Made by a program: the position numbers and the translations under genes
Shown here: positions 48,644-60,950 of the stretch, piece by piece
How the letters are laid out: each line of letters begins with the position of its first letter
How positions within the stretch are numbered: position 1 is the first letter of the stretch
Source of the DNA: Octopus sinensis
Taxonomy: Eukaryota
Assembly: GCF_006345805.1 (NCBI RefSeq)
Contig: NC_043000.1
Span: 2,170,001-2,234,000 of the forward strand
DNA length: 64,000 nt
Direction: 5' to 3'
The notes under the pieces: generated by a model
The model's input: the letters and a program-made list of their open reading frames with translations, nothing else
Told to the model about the DNA's origin: nothing
The model's database searches: none

Positions 48644-48811
48644 CGTATACATTATGTATACGTATGTTTGTGCATGTGTAGTATATATATCATCATCATT
48701 ATCTTTACTTTCAGTGTTTTATGTCTGCTTTTCCTTAGTGGCATGGGCTAATCCCAGAACCATGATGCTGGTAAGCTAACTTCTTACCATAAAGCCACAC
48801 CTTCACCTATG

Positions 48812-48870
<59 letters not shown>

Positions 48871-48979
48871 TAGGAAATAGTCTAATATTTCTTTAGTCAT
48901 TACACAGTGATCTCATATAAATTTTAAGCTTATAATACTATTATATATTGCCAGCATGGAAGGTGAACATTAAATGGTC

Positions 48980-49019
<40 letters not shown>

Positions 49020-49116
49020 GTAAATATATTGATTGAAGTAGGCATATGACAATTTTCCATATTGACTGGCTGATTTACCCTGTTCTTCCAGAATCAATTC
49101 ACACACACACACACCG

Positions 49117-49170
<54 letters not shown>

Positions 49171-49171
<1 letters not shown>

Positions 49172-49532
49172 TAGCAGTATGCCCGGCGTTGCTCGGGTTT
49201 GTAAGGGAAATAACTATAAGAATTTTTAGAGAGTTATAGCCAAAAAATGGAAAAAAAATGATGGTAAATTTTTTTTTAGTTAAAAGGTCGAGTTGCGTCC
49301 CCTAGACAGTCTGTGGTTCGTGTTTCTGATTCTCGACCCCATGTCGAATTTATCGATTTTTTTTCAGAACTGGGAGAACTTTTCAAATTTTCGCTGCGTT
49401 AGCTTTGAATTATGACATTGGGCTATGTGTGTGTCAAGTTTCATCAGAATCGGTTGAAAGCCGTGGTCAGGGTGAGGGTACAACCTAACAGACACACGAA
49501 ACACACACTACAAACTGCCGTTTATATATAGA
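49171..49532 (-). mobile_element. Non-autonomous Helitron, type II
   Basis: Reverse complement of 39776-40161; inserted in (TA)n. Confidence 0.9.
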
Positions 49533-49599
49533 TAGATATATATATTCTGTTCTTTCAACATGTGATCTCTTGAGCACCACCACCAGCAAAAATATTTTT

Positions 49600-49765
49600 T
49601 TCTTCTGTCTTCCTTCTCGGGATCTTTCCTTCTCCTGTTTCCGACGAAGAGCTCCGCTCGAAACGTTAAACCCTTCCTTCCTTTCTTTCCTGAGCGTCAA
49701 ATAATACTTTAATTGTTCCACGTCCTCGCGTTGCTGTGTTTTTTTCTGTGTTTTCTTGTTTGGAT
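49600..49765 (+). mobile_element. Family H1, copy 2
   Basis: Motif GTTTCCGACGAAGAGCTCCGCTCGAAACGTTAAAC (49637-49671) is identical to 6720-6754. Confidence 0.65.
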
Positions 49766-50093
49766 ATATATATATATATAAAATACAAAATGGGACAAGA
49801 ATGTAAAATATCCGGACAACTAGGTGATACAAAAAGGGACAACAAAACATCCAGATAGACAACAAAAAAAAAACAAGGATGGGTCATTCGAAGCTTCCTA
49901 TCCTCAATCAAGAACCGGATCATCCTCGCAATTTCGGCTGATTAATCTTGAGATTGCTCCAATCTGGCCAGCCCCAAGGAAAAACTAAGCTAAGAGCATT
50001 AGATTCCTTGGAAGAAAGCATCGAATGTATACGAAAACAAGGACGGAAAAACAGACGATGTTACATCGAATATAAATACAAAAATACAATAAA

Positions 50094-50133
<40 letters not shown>

Positions 50134-50979
50134 TGATAACACTTCCAGTCTTAACTGACTGGAAGCGTTATCATGTACATTGTTTTGTCTTGGTATAAAA
50201 GATTGGCTACAGCAAATATTCTGCTTAATACCACAGATTTGCTTGTCAGTTGTTTGACTGTCACCAGTTGAGCATGTCCCTTAGTGGCTGACGATATGTG
50301 CATCTCTGATCACGAGTAGAAGTAGCCATGTGTTGAGAGGGATTCTTTGGGGTTTGAATGATTCACCTCTGGAAACATGGGTGTTTCATTCAACATCCTT
50401 AAACAACCCTTAATCAGGGACCTTTTGAGTGGGATGGGTTACTTGACCAGAAGAAAATTCTTACTGAGCCCTACCTGCAAGGTCATGCGCTGTTTATCTT
50501 GATATAAGATCACCATGTCGTGCACATATAGTTGTGATGCATGTGCCTGGTGTACCCTTATCAGACAGGTTTTTGGAACATAACACCCGCAATAGTTGAG
50601 GGATTACTGTATGTATGTACATGTATATATATGTGTGTGTGTGTGTATGTATTTATATGTATGCATGTATGTATATATACTGGGCTTCGTATATTTGTAC
50701 CCCAGTGTCACTTTGATGGCATGCACTGCTCTTTCACTCAATAATAATAATAATAATAATAACAGAACATAGCATGAATTATCATGAATGTTCTTTGACC
50801 AAATTTTGACATCAGAAAAAGAGCCAACATGAATAGAATGTAGTGTTAAACTCCTAAGGTTTCTTATCATACTTTGAAACCAGGAATCAATACTGAAATA
50901 GTATGTCATTTAAAGATCCATATTGCATAACTACCTTTTAAACTGGCTACATCACTTGAGAAAAGTTTCACTGAAACCC

Positions 50980-51179
50980 TTAGCCCTTTAGCATTTAAAC
51001 AGGTCATATCCGGCCAAAATATTCTATCTGTTTTATGCTTAAACTGACCAGATATGGCCTTTCATACCTACCCTACAATATCAACATTACCAGTTACCGC
51101 ATCAAAATCTCATAGGTACAAGATGATTCATGATTAGTTAAAAACAATGTGGCTAATGATCTGAATGCTAATGGGTTAA
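50980..51179. mobile_element. piggyBac-like MITE, copy 2
   Basis: TTAGCCCTTTAGCATTTAAAC...GAATGCTAATGGGTTAA; reverse-complement similarity to 13621-13847. Confidence 0.65.
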
Positions 51180-51255
51180 AGGATGCATTCATATCCCTCT
51201 TTCTAATGTTTCAGACAAATCATCTGGAAAAAGTTATAACCAGGGTAATATAATA

Positions 51256-51390
51256 ATAATAATAAAACATTGTGTACAGTGCTCAGGTGCACTACAACTC
51301 ATCTAAAGTGCATATATAACCAGGTGTAGTTTCGGCGGATTTCGGAAAGCATGAGGGCCTTAAAGGATGCAGTGTCATGGCAGTCAACAA
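51256..51390 (-). mobile_element. CR1/L2-type LINE 3' end
   Basis: Reverse complement of ~19565-19700. Confidence 0.9.
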
Positions 51391-51499
51391 ATATAAAGAA
51401 TCTTGCAAACCATAAAAAAAACCATAGGTCACATAGCACTAGAGGAATATTTGTGCAGCATGGGCTTCATTTTGATAACTAAAACAAAAGAAGGAACAC

Positions 51500-51537
<38 letters not shown>

Positions 51538-51540
51538 CGC

Positions 51541-51840
51541 CCTTTTCAATCCTAGCCAGGCTCATGGGCCCGGTTTCCCGGTTTCTATGGCGTATGTGTC
51601 CCCCCCCCAGCTGGATGGGACGCCAGTCCATTGTAGCATTACTCAAGAAACAGGAAGAAAGAGTGAGAGAAAGTTGGGGTGAAACTGTACAACAGGGGTC
51701 GCCACCATCCCCTGCCGGAGCCTCGTGGAGATTTAGGTGTTTTCGCTCAATAAATACACACAACACCCAGTCTGGGAATCAAAACCGTGATCCTCCGACC
51801 GCGAGTCCGCTGCTCTAACCACTGGACCATTGTGCCTCCA
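51541..51840 (-). mobile_element. tRNA-derived SINE family C, tail type 3
   Basis: Family C head with the GATGGACTGGCGTCCCATCCAGC...GGGCCCATGAGCCTGGCTAGG tail (also at ~44290-44370). Confidence 0.85.
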
Positions 51841-51858
51841 TCAGGATATATACATATA

Positions 51859-52124
51859 CTGTTGTGTCTGGGGAGAGTCATTTTCTTTTTGTGCCTTATA
51901 ATGTAACACACTCACTAGTAAAATTTCCACTTATTTCTTATTTTTATTTTCCTAAAATTTTCATTGCGTCTTGCAACCTTTTCAGTAGTTTTGACTCTTG
52001 AAAAGGTTGCAAGACGCAACGAAAATTTTAGGAAAATAAAAATAAGAAATAAGTGGAAATTTTACCGGTGAGTGTGTTACATTATAAGGCACAAAAAGAA
52101 AATGACTCTCCCCAGACGCAACAG
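51859..52124. repeat. Near-perfect foldback: 126-bp arms, 14-nt loop
   Basis: 51859-51984 is the reverse complement of 51999-52124, with 4 mismatches found by eye. Confidence 0.9.
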
Positions 52125-52654
52125 ACTATGCTTCAACACACGAACTCATATAAAGAATCTTGCAAACCAAATCCGAAAACGAAATATATATATATATATA
52201 CATACACTAAGCTGTATCCCTTAATTTGCTGCTTTTGTATACACATACCAAGAAGAAATTTTGAAGAACAGATGTTACTTTAATGAGATAAATTTTGTAA
52301 TAACCTGAGGAGACACATTTACACTGACAGGTACACCTGAGGGATTGATGCTAGTGATCAAGAAACTTTCTCATATCTTCTGTCTCTCTCATTAATCAAA
52401 TGTATATATATATACTTTTATTCTTTTCAGTCATTTGACTGCAGCCATGCTGGATCACTGTCTTTAGTCGAACAAAGTGGCCCCAAGACTTATTCTTTAG
52501 AAGCTTAGTACTTATTCTATTGGTCTCTTTTGCTGAACTGCTAAGTTATGGGGTTGTAAACACACCAACATCAGTTATCAAGCGATGGTGTGGGGACAAA
52601 CACAGACACACAAACATACATGCATACATACACATATATATATATATTTGATAG

Positions 52655-52845
52655 ATCATTAGCCACTACACACATTTTTTTCTCTCCTTGTTTCTCTCCT
52701 TGTTTTTTCCGTGTCCCTTTCTGTAGAAGAGCGTAGGCTTGAAACATGAAAGACATTTTCTATTCCTGAGCGTTATACTAATACATCTGTTTGTTTTGTA
52801 CACCACCTGTCTTCGTCTTTTGTTTTTTTCGTAAACTCTCCCTAT
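52655..52845 (+). mobile_element. Family H2, copy 2
   Basis: CTTT-CTGTAGA-A-GAGC-GTAG-GCTT-GAAACATG-AAAG at 52717-52752; downstream sequence matches 7270-7370. Confidence 0.6.
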
Positions 52846-52862
52846 ATATATTTATGTGTGTG

Positions 52863-52898
<36 letters not shown>

Positions 52899-53459
52899 AT
52901 GGGCTTCTTTCAGTTTCCATCTACCAAATCCACTCACAAAGTTTTGTTTGGCCCGAGGCTATAGTAGAAGACACTTGCCCAAGGTGCCACACAATGGGAC
53001 TGAACCAGGAACCATATGGTTGATAAGCAAACTACTTACTACACAGCCACTCCTATTGTTTTGTTTTGAGAGGGTCATTATGTCAATAATTGTAACACAC
53101 TCACTGGTTCAATATTATTCCTTTATTGCTATATATGATATGTGCATACATAGGTACATATTTATTTGTGCATGTGTGTTTGTGCATATATATATATATG
53201 TGTGTGTATGTATGTATGTATGTATGTATACATATTTTTTTTTGCATGGTGTGAGAGTACATACACACACACATATTTATATACAAAGAAAAATGCACAC
53301 CAGTGCAGAAGTATGTAAAAAGACACATTCCATATTTAGAAAGTAAAAGATTATTGCATTTTGTGTGCGTACATCTATATACGTATATGCATGTGTATAC
53401 AAAAGAAACATTGGGCTGCTACACCTAACAAATACAATAGACAATTGATACACCTAAGC

Positions 53460-53548
53460 GTCACAACCACCTCCACCGTCTCCACATCACCCTCATTATC
53501 ATCATTATCTATATCGTCATTACCCTTACCACCACAACCACCACCACC

Positions 53549-53597
<49 letters not shown>

Positions 53598-53671
53598 TCA
53601 TCACCATCACCACCACCATCACCGCCACCACCACCACCATCGCCACCACCACCACAACCACCACCACCACT

Positions 53672-53706
<35 letters not shown>

Positions 53707-53776
53707 CATCACCACCACCATCACCGCCACCACCACCACCATCGCCACCACCACCACAACCACCACCACCACTACC

Positions 53777-53810
<34 letters not shown>

Positions 53811-53970
53811 TCACCATCACCACCACCATCACCGCCACCACCACCACCATCGCCACCATCACCACCACCATCACCACCACCATCACCACCACCATCACCA
53901 CCAACACCACCACCATCACCACCACCACCACCGCCACCACCACCACCACCACCATCACTACATAGAGAGA
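53460..53970. repeat. Higher-order (CCA)/(CTA)/(TCA) trinucleotide array
   Basis: Three cycles of CCACAA-(CCA)n-(CTA)n-TCA-CCG-TCG blocks. Confidence 0.9.
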
Positions 53971-54197
53971 CTCTCACTCTCACTCTCACCACTACAGTCA
54001 GTATAAAGATGTGTAGAAGAGGAAGATTTGATTATCTGACAAGATCTTGTGGAGATTTTGGAAGTGGTGGTAGCGGTAGTTGGAGTGTTGTTGTTGTTGT
54101 TGTCATTGTTATTGGTGGCGGTTGTGGTGGTGGTGGTGGTGGTGAATTCACATCACATGACATTGCATTGTCTATATGATTCCTTTCTTATTTGCAG

Positions 54198-54260
54198 GTG
54201 GTTCAGTCCTTTGTAGCTCTTCCCACCGCCAAACAGAACACGCACAAGTGCCATTATTGA
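54198..54260 (+). CDS. Candidate terminal coding exon (VVQSFVALPTAKQNTHKCHY*), unidentified
   Basis: Strong acceptor TTCCTTTCTTATTTGCAG|G at 54197 followed by unique, CpG-retaining sequence; no upstream exon identified and the peptide is not recognised. Confidence 0.25.
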   Translation: MVQSFVALPTAKQNTHKCHY

Positions 54261-54470
54261 TGTCTTGATGTGGTTTCTGTAACACCATCCACGTGGCGGT
54301 TCCTGTTTCCCCCGTTACCGTCGTTCTCCTAGTCTGTCTGTCTGTCCACCTGTCAGTCCGTCAGTCCATCTGTGTATTGGCTGTTTGGCATAACTCCAGG
54401 ATTACTGGCTCTCATAAGCTACTGTCTGTGAGATGTAGTGTATATTTTATATATATACATACATACATAC

Positions 54471-54516
<46 letters not shown>

Positions 54517-54744
54517 CACGCACATATATATATATATGAAAATGTATGTGCGTGTGTGTATATATAAATGAGAATTTATGTGTGTATGTGTGTGTGTATA
54601 TATATAAAGAATGTATTTGTATATATTTTATACATTTATATACATATATTCTATATATATATATTATATATATATGTAAGAAAGTGTTTGTATGTATGTA
54701 TATATATAGGAATGTGTGTATGTATGTATATATATGGGAATGTG

Positions 54745-54794
<50 letters not shown>

Positions 54795-55840
54795 TGTGTG
54801 TGTGTGTGTGTGTATGTAATATATATATAATGCATAAGAATGTAAATGTATGTATATCAACATCTATACATAGGAATGTATGTACAACTTTGTAGACATA
54901 GGTATGTAGATACATGCATGTACTTAGGTGGCTAATATGTGTATGTCTGCCTGTATATATATATATATATATACTTTTATAAAATTGCTTGTGTGTGTAT
55001 ATATATATGTATGCATACCTGTTTAGGAATGTATCTATTCATATATGCCTATACCTGCACATATGAGTTTGTGTTAGTATATGTATGTATGTGTGTGTTT
55101 ACTTACTCCCACAGATTTATATATGCATAAATATATATATTTATATACACACACATAGAAATAGTTATATATGCTTGCACATGAACTCGTGCATGTACAC
55201 CCATGCACACAGATGCACGCACACACATGCACATATCTACATATGTATGTATATTCATATATATATTGCTTTTTATGTGTGTGTGTATATATATACAGAC
55301 ATCATGTGTGTACATATATTATCTTTGATTGATTGATTGATTCTAGTTTCAGCTCACGAGCTGTGGCCATGCTGGGGCACATCTGTTTCTCTCTCAGTAT
55401 ATATATATATCTTTCACTTTTATTTGTTTCAGTCATTAGACCGTGGCCATGCTGGGGCAATGCCTTGAGGAATTTTTAGTCACATGAATTGACCCCTGTA
55501 CTTATTTTTTTTTAAGCCTGATACTTATTCTATCAGCCTCTTTTGCCGAACTGCTAAGTTACAGGGACATTAACACACACATAGTTGTTAAGCTGTGCTG
55601 GGAGACAAACACATACACAAATGCATACGCACATAAATATATAAAATGTATATATATATATATATATATAAAAGGCACATAAAAAGCACCCACTACACTC
55701 ACGGAGTGGTTGGCGTTAGGAAGGGCATCCAGCTGTAGAAACATTGCCAGATAACACTGGAGCCTGGTGCAGCCTTCTGGCTTCACAGATCCCCGGTCGA
55801 ACCGTCCAACCCATGCTAGCATGGAAAACGGCCGTTAAAC

Positions 55841-55876
<36 letters not shown>

Positions 55877-56159
55877 ATATGATGGGCTTCTTTCAGTTTC
55901 CATCCACTAAACCCACTCACAGGGCTTTGGTCAGCCCAAGGTGCCATGCAGTGGGACTGAACCCAGAACCATATGATTGAGAAGCAAGCTTCTTACCATA
56001 CAGCCATGCCAGATATATTCACATATGTCTAACCATCTATGTTTATAAGTTTCAGTTTCTGTGTATATGTGTGTATATACACAAATAGAATAGCCTGTAT
56101 CTGTAGATATAAGTAAATATATAAAATTGAGCATGTATGTTTTATTTTATTTTTATTTT

Positions 56160-56505
56160 ATTTTACTTGTTTCAGTCATTTGACTGTGGCCATGCTGGAG
56201 CACCGCCTTTAGTCGAGCAAATAGACCCCAGGACTTATTCTTTGTAAGCCCAGTACTTATTCTATCAGTCTCTTTTGCCGAACCGCTAAGTGACGGGGAC
56301 GTAAACACACCAGCATCGGTTGTCAAGCAATGCTAGGGGGACAAACACAGACACACACATACATAAACATATATATATACATATATACGACAGGCTTCTT
56401 TCAGTTTCCGTCTACCAAATCCACTCACAAGGCATTGGTTGGCCCGGGGCTATAGCAGAAGGCACTTGCCCAAGATGCCACGCAGTGGGACTGAACCCGG
56501 AACCA
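56160..56505 (-). mobile_element. SINE family B (head truncated)
   Basis: Consensus match. Confidence 0.9.
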
Positions 56506-56639
56506 TATATATACAGTTGTTTCAAAAGTTTAACAAAAACACAACAAAAGGTAAATTTTACAAAAACATAAACAGAAAATTTGTAGCTAATTCCTCATCA
56601 GCCAACATCCAAATGATCATTACAATTTCGCTCCTTTAG

Positions 56640-57310
56640 TGCAGACTTGTATGTTTATAGATATATTTTGGCATGTATCCAGGCCAGGGTTTGGATTATG
56701 TGGAGGTCTTTAAGGCAATCAGTTGAATGATCATTTTCTGGATGCTGACTCAGATGGCTGTGTGTGCAACAATATTGCCATGCAAGATGTGAAAGTGTTA
56801 CCTCATTGTGGGTATCACCTGAGCTTTGTAGTGCATCAAGAATTTCTTATGAGCTGAATTATTTTCTTGTCCTGAAGAAAAGGTTCAGTCATTGGATATG
56901 GTGCTAGATATGTTGAGCATGGACTTTTTGAGGTCTCTGTTCATGGAGTCAGTGTGAGTTTGGCATGTAGTGTCTAGGTTGTAAATAGAAAATGTACTGT
57001 TGTGTCATCTGTATAAAAGTGGGTGATGTTGTCTGTGAAAGCTGGTAAGTAATTCATGTTTTGAAGAAAGAGAGCAAAGGACAAACGATTTGACAAGAAG
57101 CTACCAATCCAAGAAATGCAAGACAGGTAGAGCCTATAGGTAGAAAGTTTCAATGAGAGATTCACCTGCCCAGATTTGGTCAAAAACTTGGCTGAAGTTG
57201 AGAACAAAAACATTGCTTTCACCAAATTCCTAAATTCCTCTAATGCAAGAGCTTGCTGTTCAGGAAGAGATTTGACCACCAATGGAACTGATTTTATAGA
57301 AGTCTTACAG
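56640..57310 (-). pseudogene. CR1/Jockey-group LINE RT fragment
   Basis: STSAKFLTKSGQVNLSLKLSTYRL...SWIGSFLSNR (cf. DISKAFD.VWH..LL.KL..YG...WI.SFLSNR), HFYTDDTTVH (cf. YADD), HYKAQVIPTMR (cf. YKAQ.RP.MEY). Confidence 0.85.
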
Positions 57311-57311
57311 T

Positions 57312-57645
57312 GAAGGCGCATGGCTCAATGGTTAGAGCGTCGAGCTTACGATCGTGAGGTTGTGAGCTCGAATCCCGGACCAGGCTGCGTGTTGTGTTCT
57401 TGAGCAAGACACTTTATTTCACGTTGCTCCAGTACACTCAGCTGTAGAAATGAGTTGCGACGTCACAGGTGCCTAGCTGTATCGGCCCTTGCGTTTCCCT
57501 TGGACAACATCGGTGATGTGGAGAGGGGAGGCCGGTATGCATGGGCGACTGCTGGTCTTCCATAAAACAACCTTGCCCAGACTTGTGCTTCAGAGGGTAA
57601 CTCTCTAGGTGCAAACCCATGGTCAGTGTCTGACCGAAGGTGGTC
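57312..57645 (+). mobile_element. tRNA-derived CORE-like SINE family E, full length
   Basis: GAAGGCGCATGGCTCAATGGTTAGAGCGTCG...GCTCGAATCCC head, GTTCTTGAGCAAGACACTT CORE-like start; tail shared with fragments at 12600-12760, 34800-34899 and 45540-45680. Confidence 0.85.
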
Positions 57646-58720
57646 ACCACTGATGGTCATTAAGGAGAGAGAGAGAGAGATATTGGCATATGGCTCCATT
57701 ACCTTACAGGTGTTTGTCTTGGATGCAATATGGGGATGATAGTTTGAAGAATGAGAGGTGTTTATCTCTTTCGGTGAATGAGTTATACTAGCATGTTTCC
57801 AAAGATCAGAGTAGGTCTCTGTGGAAAGAGGGAGAGAGTGAAGACTTTGATGAGAATAGAGGTTAGCTCTGGAGGACAGTGCTTAGAGACAAAGGATGGA
57901 AGAAGACCTTCTCACCTGTGCAAGCATGGCGAAATAGATGTTAAAATGTTGGAAGTGGTAGAGACTGAGATACATAATGCATTTGGGTCTCTCACCCATT
58001 ATGTTTCTGCCCTCCTATTCATGGTTCCAGGTTTCTTGTGTAACAAAGAATTAGACTGGATCTGTGTATATTTGAGTTACCCTGTCGTCACCTTTGTGAA
58101 TTGCAAATCATCAAGCCATCTCCCTTAGGTCACTCCTTATTGACATTTCACTCTCTGTCTTTCCCATTTAGAAATATGTAGCTGCCATTTCTTGCTCTCT
58201 CTTCCATTACCCCCTCTCCTCTGACACTCTCTTGCCTCTCACTCTCTTTCTCTCTCTCTCCTTCTCTCTCTCTCTCTCATGCATGTGCACGCATGTAATT
58301 GTGTGTTCCCACCCAACAATCTGCCACTTTGTCTATGCTGTTATACCATCAATCACTTCCCTTTAATCTGTCACTGTAACAATCATTATTTGTAGTTGTT
58401 TGATATATTGTATCTATCTTTCTCTTTCCTCACTATACTTTAACTCAGTACTTCTCAAGCAAGCAAAAAAATCTGTGACTCCCTCATTTATATCATCAAA
58501 ATGTTTTGCCACTAACAAAACAGTTTGCATTTGCATAATTTTTCTGTCTTTACCATGGAGAAATTTAAAAAGTTTGAAATTATCTCCTTCTTTTTTACAC
58601 CTTGGCAATTTGCCTGCCATGAGGAACACTACTTATCGTGTTAACTATAAGATATTTTGTGGATGTTTGTGTAATGTATAGGTACCTTTCTGTCCAGTTG
58701 TTGTACTATAATTCTTTCTG

Positions 58721-59013
58721 TGTGGAGGCACATGACCTAGTGGTTAGAGCAGTGGACTTGCAGTCAAGGGATTGCGGGTTCAAATCTCAGACCGGGAGAT
58801 GTGTGTGTTTATGAGTGAAACACCTAAGCTCCACGCGGCTCGGGCAGAGGGTAATGGTGAACTTCTGCTGACTATTTTGCCACAACTTTCTCTCACTCTT
58901 TCCTCCTGCATCTTGCAGCTCACCCGCGATGGACCGGCATCCTGTCTAGGTGGGGAACCTATATGCCAGGGAAACTGGCCCTTATGAGCCAGGGATGGCT
59001 CGAGAAGGAAGGA
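58721..59013 (+). mobile_element. tRNA-derived SINE family C, tail type 2, with TSD
   Basis: 15-bp direct repeat ACTATAATTCTTTCT at 58705-58719 and 59014-59028. Confidence 0.9.
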
Positions 59014-59039
59014 ACTATAATTCTTTCTAGTTATTTTTC

Positions 59040-59340
59040 ACAACTTGGTTCATTATAGTGATGCTTCTGGATTTAGTTCTTTCTGGAGTATTTCCTTGCC
59101 TCGGTGAAGGTATTGCAACACCAGTCATTATGTCTGACACCTCATTCCTTGCACATAGGAACAAAAATTGCACCAGTCACATTTAGAATCTTTTGGCTAT
59201 AGGTTTTTTCAGTTGGGATTTTTAGATGTGGGTGGGGATAAACTAAGTCAGCAATGATCTGGTTGACTATATGAGTAATTAGAATATATCCCACTTCATG
59301 GAATTTTCAGTATTTCATCAACAATTCCTGCTTTCCCTAC
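59040..59340 (-). pseudogene. Possible degenerate LINE RT N-terminal fragment
   Basis: GKAGIVDEILK and IPSPRQGNTPERTKSRSITIM loosely resemble GK..G.D...E.LK and IPIPKKG....NYR.I.L. Confidence 0.35.
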
Positions 59341-59934
59341 CTATCTAGCCTTTCCCTGTTTGGCACTCCATGGGCTATGACTAGACGATAAGGGTTCAGA
59401 TGATCAGATCTATAGACAATCCTGCTCATGAAATTAATGTGCACTCCACAAATACGTGTACCCTTAATGTAGTTCTCAGGAAGAACCAGCATGACACAGA
59501 ATATGACAAGGCTGGCCCTTTGAAATACAGGCACTACTCACTTTTACCAGCTGAGTGAAATGGAGCAACATTAAATAAAGTATCTTGCTCAAGGACTCAA
59601 TGTGCTGCCAGGAATTGAACTCATGACCTGACAATCGTGAGCTGAATACCCTTACCATTAAGCCACATACCTTTCTCTCCTTAATTCCACTTTTGACCGT
59701 ATACTTGTCAACTTAATCGATAGTCTCTCTTGGGGATAATCTCTCCCTTCATTTGAATTTTCTGCTTTCTGCTGATTTTTGTAGTAACATTTCCAGATCT
59801 ATATTTGCTCAGTGCCTGTGATGGCAAAGGAACTGCTATTGTATCATACACATTTTTCGCCAATTACATCTTGGCCTGTGCTGAGACACTGCTTCACTTT
59901 CTTTCTTTCTGTGTGTGTGTGTTTGAATGTGTCT

Positions 59935-60155
59935 GGCAGAAACGTTAGCACGCCGAGCAAAATGCGTAGCCGTATTTCGTCTGCCGTTAAGTGTTCTGGG
60001 TTCAAATTCCGCCGAGGTCAACTTTGCCTTTCATCCTTTCGGGGGTCGATAAATTAAGTACCAGTTATGCACTGGGGTCGATGTAATAGACTTAATCCCT
60101 TTGTCTGTCCTTGTTTGTCCCCTCTATGTTTAGCCCCTTGTGGGTAGTAAAGAAA
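59935..60155 (+). mobile_element. SINE family D
   Basis: Consensus match. Confidence 0.9.
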
Positions 60156-60564
60156 TATATATATATTTTATATAGGTGCACAGCTTGTTACTCCCTTCCT
60201 GTGTCCCCTTCTTTCATCACTGAGTTCCTTTTTTTTTTCTTTTTCTTAGTTTCCTTGTTAAGTAGCTTTATTTCTGATTTACTTATATATTCTCCAAAGT
60301 GAAAGATTGTCTTAATTTTTCGATAATTTAATCGTATATTTAATCTTTATTTATCATTTTCTTTTCTTTTAATCAATTTATCTTTTCATGCATGCACAAA
60401 TAAAGATTTTTATATAGGTGTGGGGTAAGTAGTTAGAAAGTAAGCTTCCCAAGCACATGGTACCTTATGCAAACGTATTCTATAGCCGCAGGCTAACCAA
60501 AGCCCTGTGATTCATACATACAGACAGACAGACATTCATTACATTCTTTCTTTCTTTTCGTTTT

Positions 60565-60950
60565 CCTTGTTTCAGTCATTTTGACTGCGGCCATGCTGGA
60601 GCACTGCCTTTAATCGAGCAACTCGACCCCGGGACTTATTCTTTTTATAAGCCCAGTACTTATTCTATCGGTCTCTTTTGCCGAACCGCTAAGTAACGGG
60701 GACATAAACACACCAGCATCGGTTGTCAAACAATGCTAGGGGGACAAACACAGACACACACACACACACACATATATACATATATACGACGGGCTTCTTT
60801 CAGTTTCCGTCTACCAAATCCACTCACAAGGCTTTGGTTGGCCCGAGGCTATAGTAGAAGACAATTGCCCAAGGTGCCACACAGTGGGACTGAACCCGGA
60901 ACCATGTGGTTGGTAAGCAAGCTACTTACCACACAGCCACTCCTGCGCCT
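60565..60950 (-). mobile_element. SINE family B, full length, CpG-intact
   Basis: Ends in CACAGCCACTCCTGCGCCTA (reverse complement of the head). Confidence 0.9.

Noticed and set aside
50133-50174. 18-bp hairpin ATGATAACACTTCCAGTC...GACTGGAAGCGTTATCAT as a terminator or miRNA
   Set aside because: Too short for a pre-miRNA, and it lies at the end of what appears to be an interspersed repeat next to an (ATA)n tail.
53361-54179. 272-aa proline-rich CDS
   Set aside because: Almost entirely a trinucleotide array; equally long ORFs exist on the opposite strand.
58414-58629. 71-aa minus ORF (GDNFKLFKFLHGKD...) as a gene
   Set aside because: At best a faint resemblance to a CR1 C-terminal RGD....FK..HG motif; no splice or homology support.
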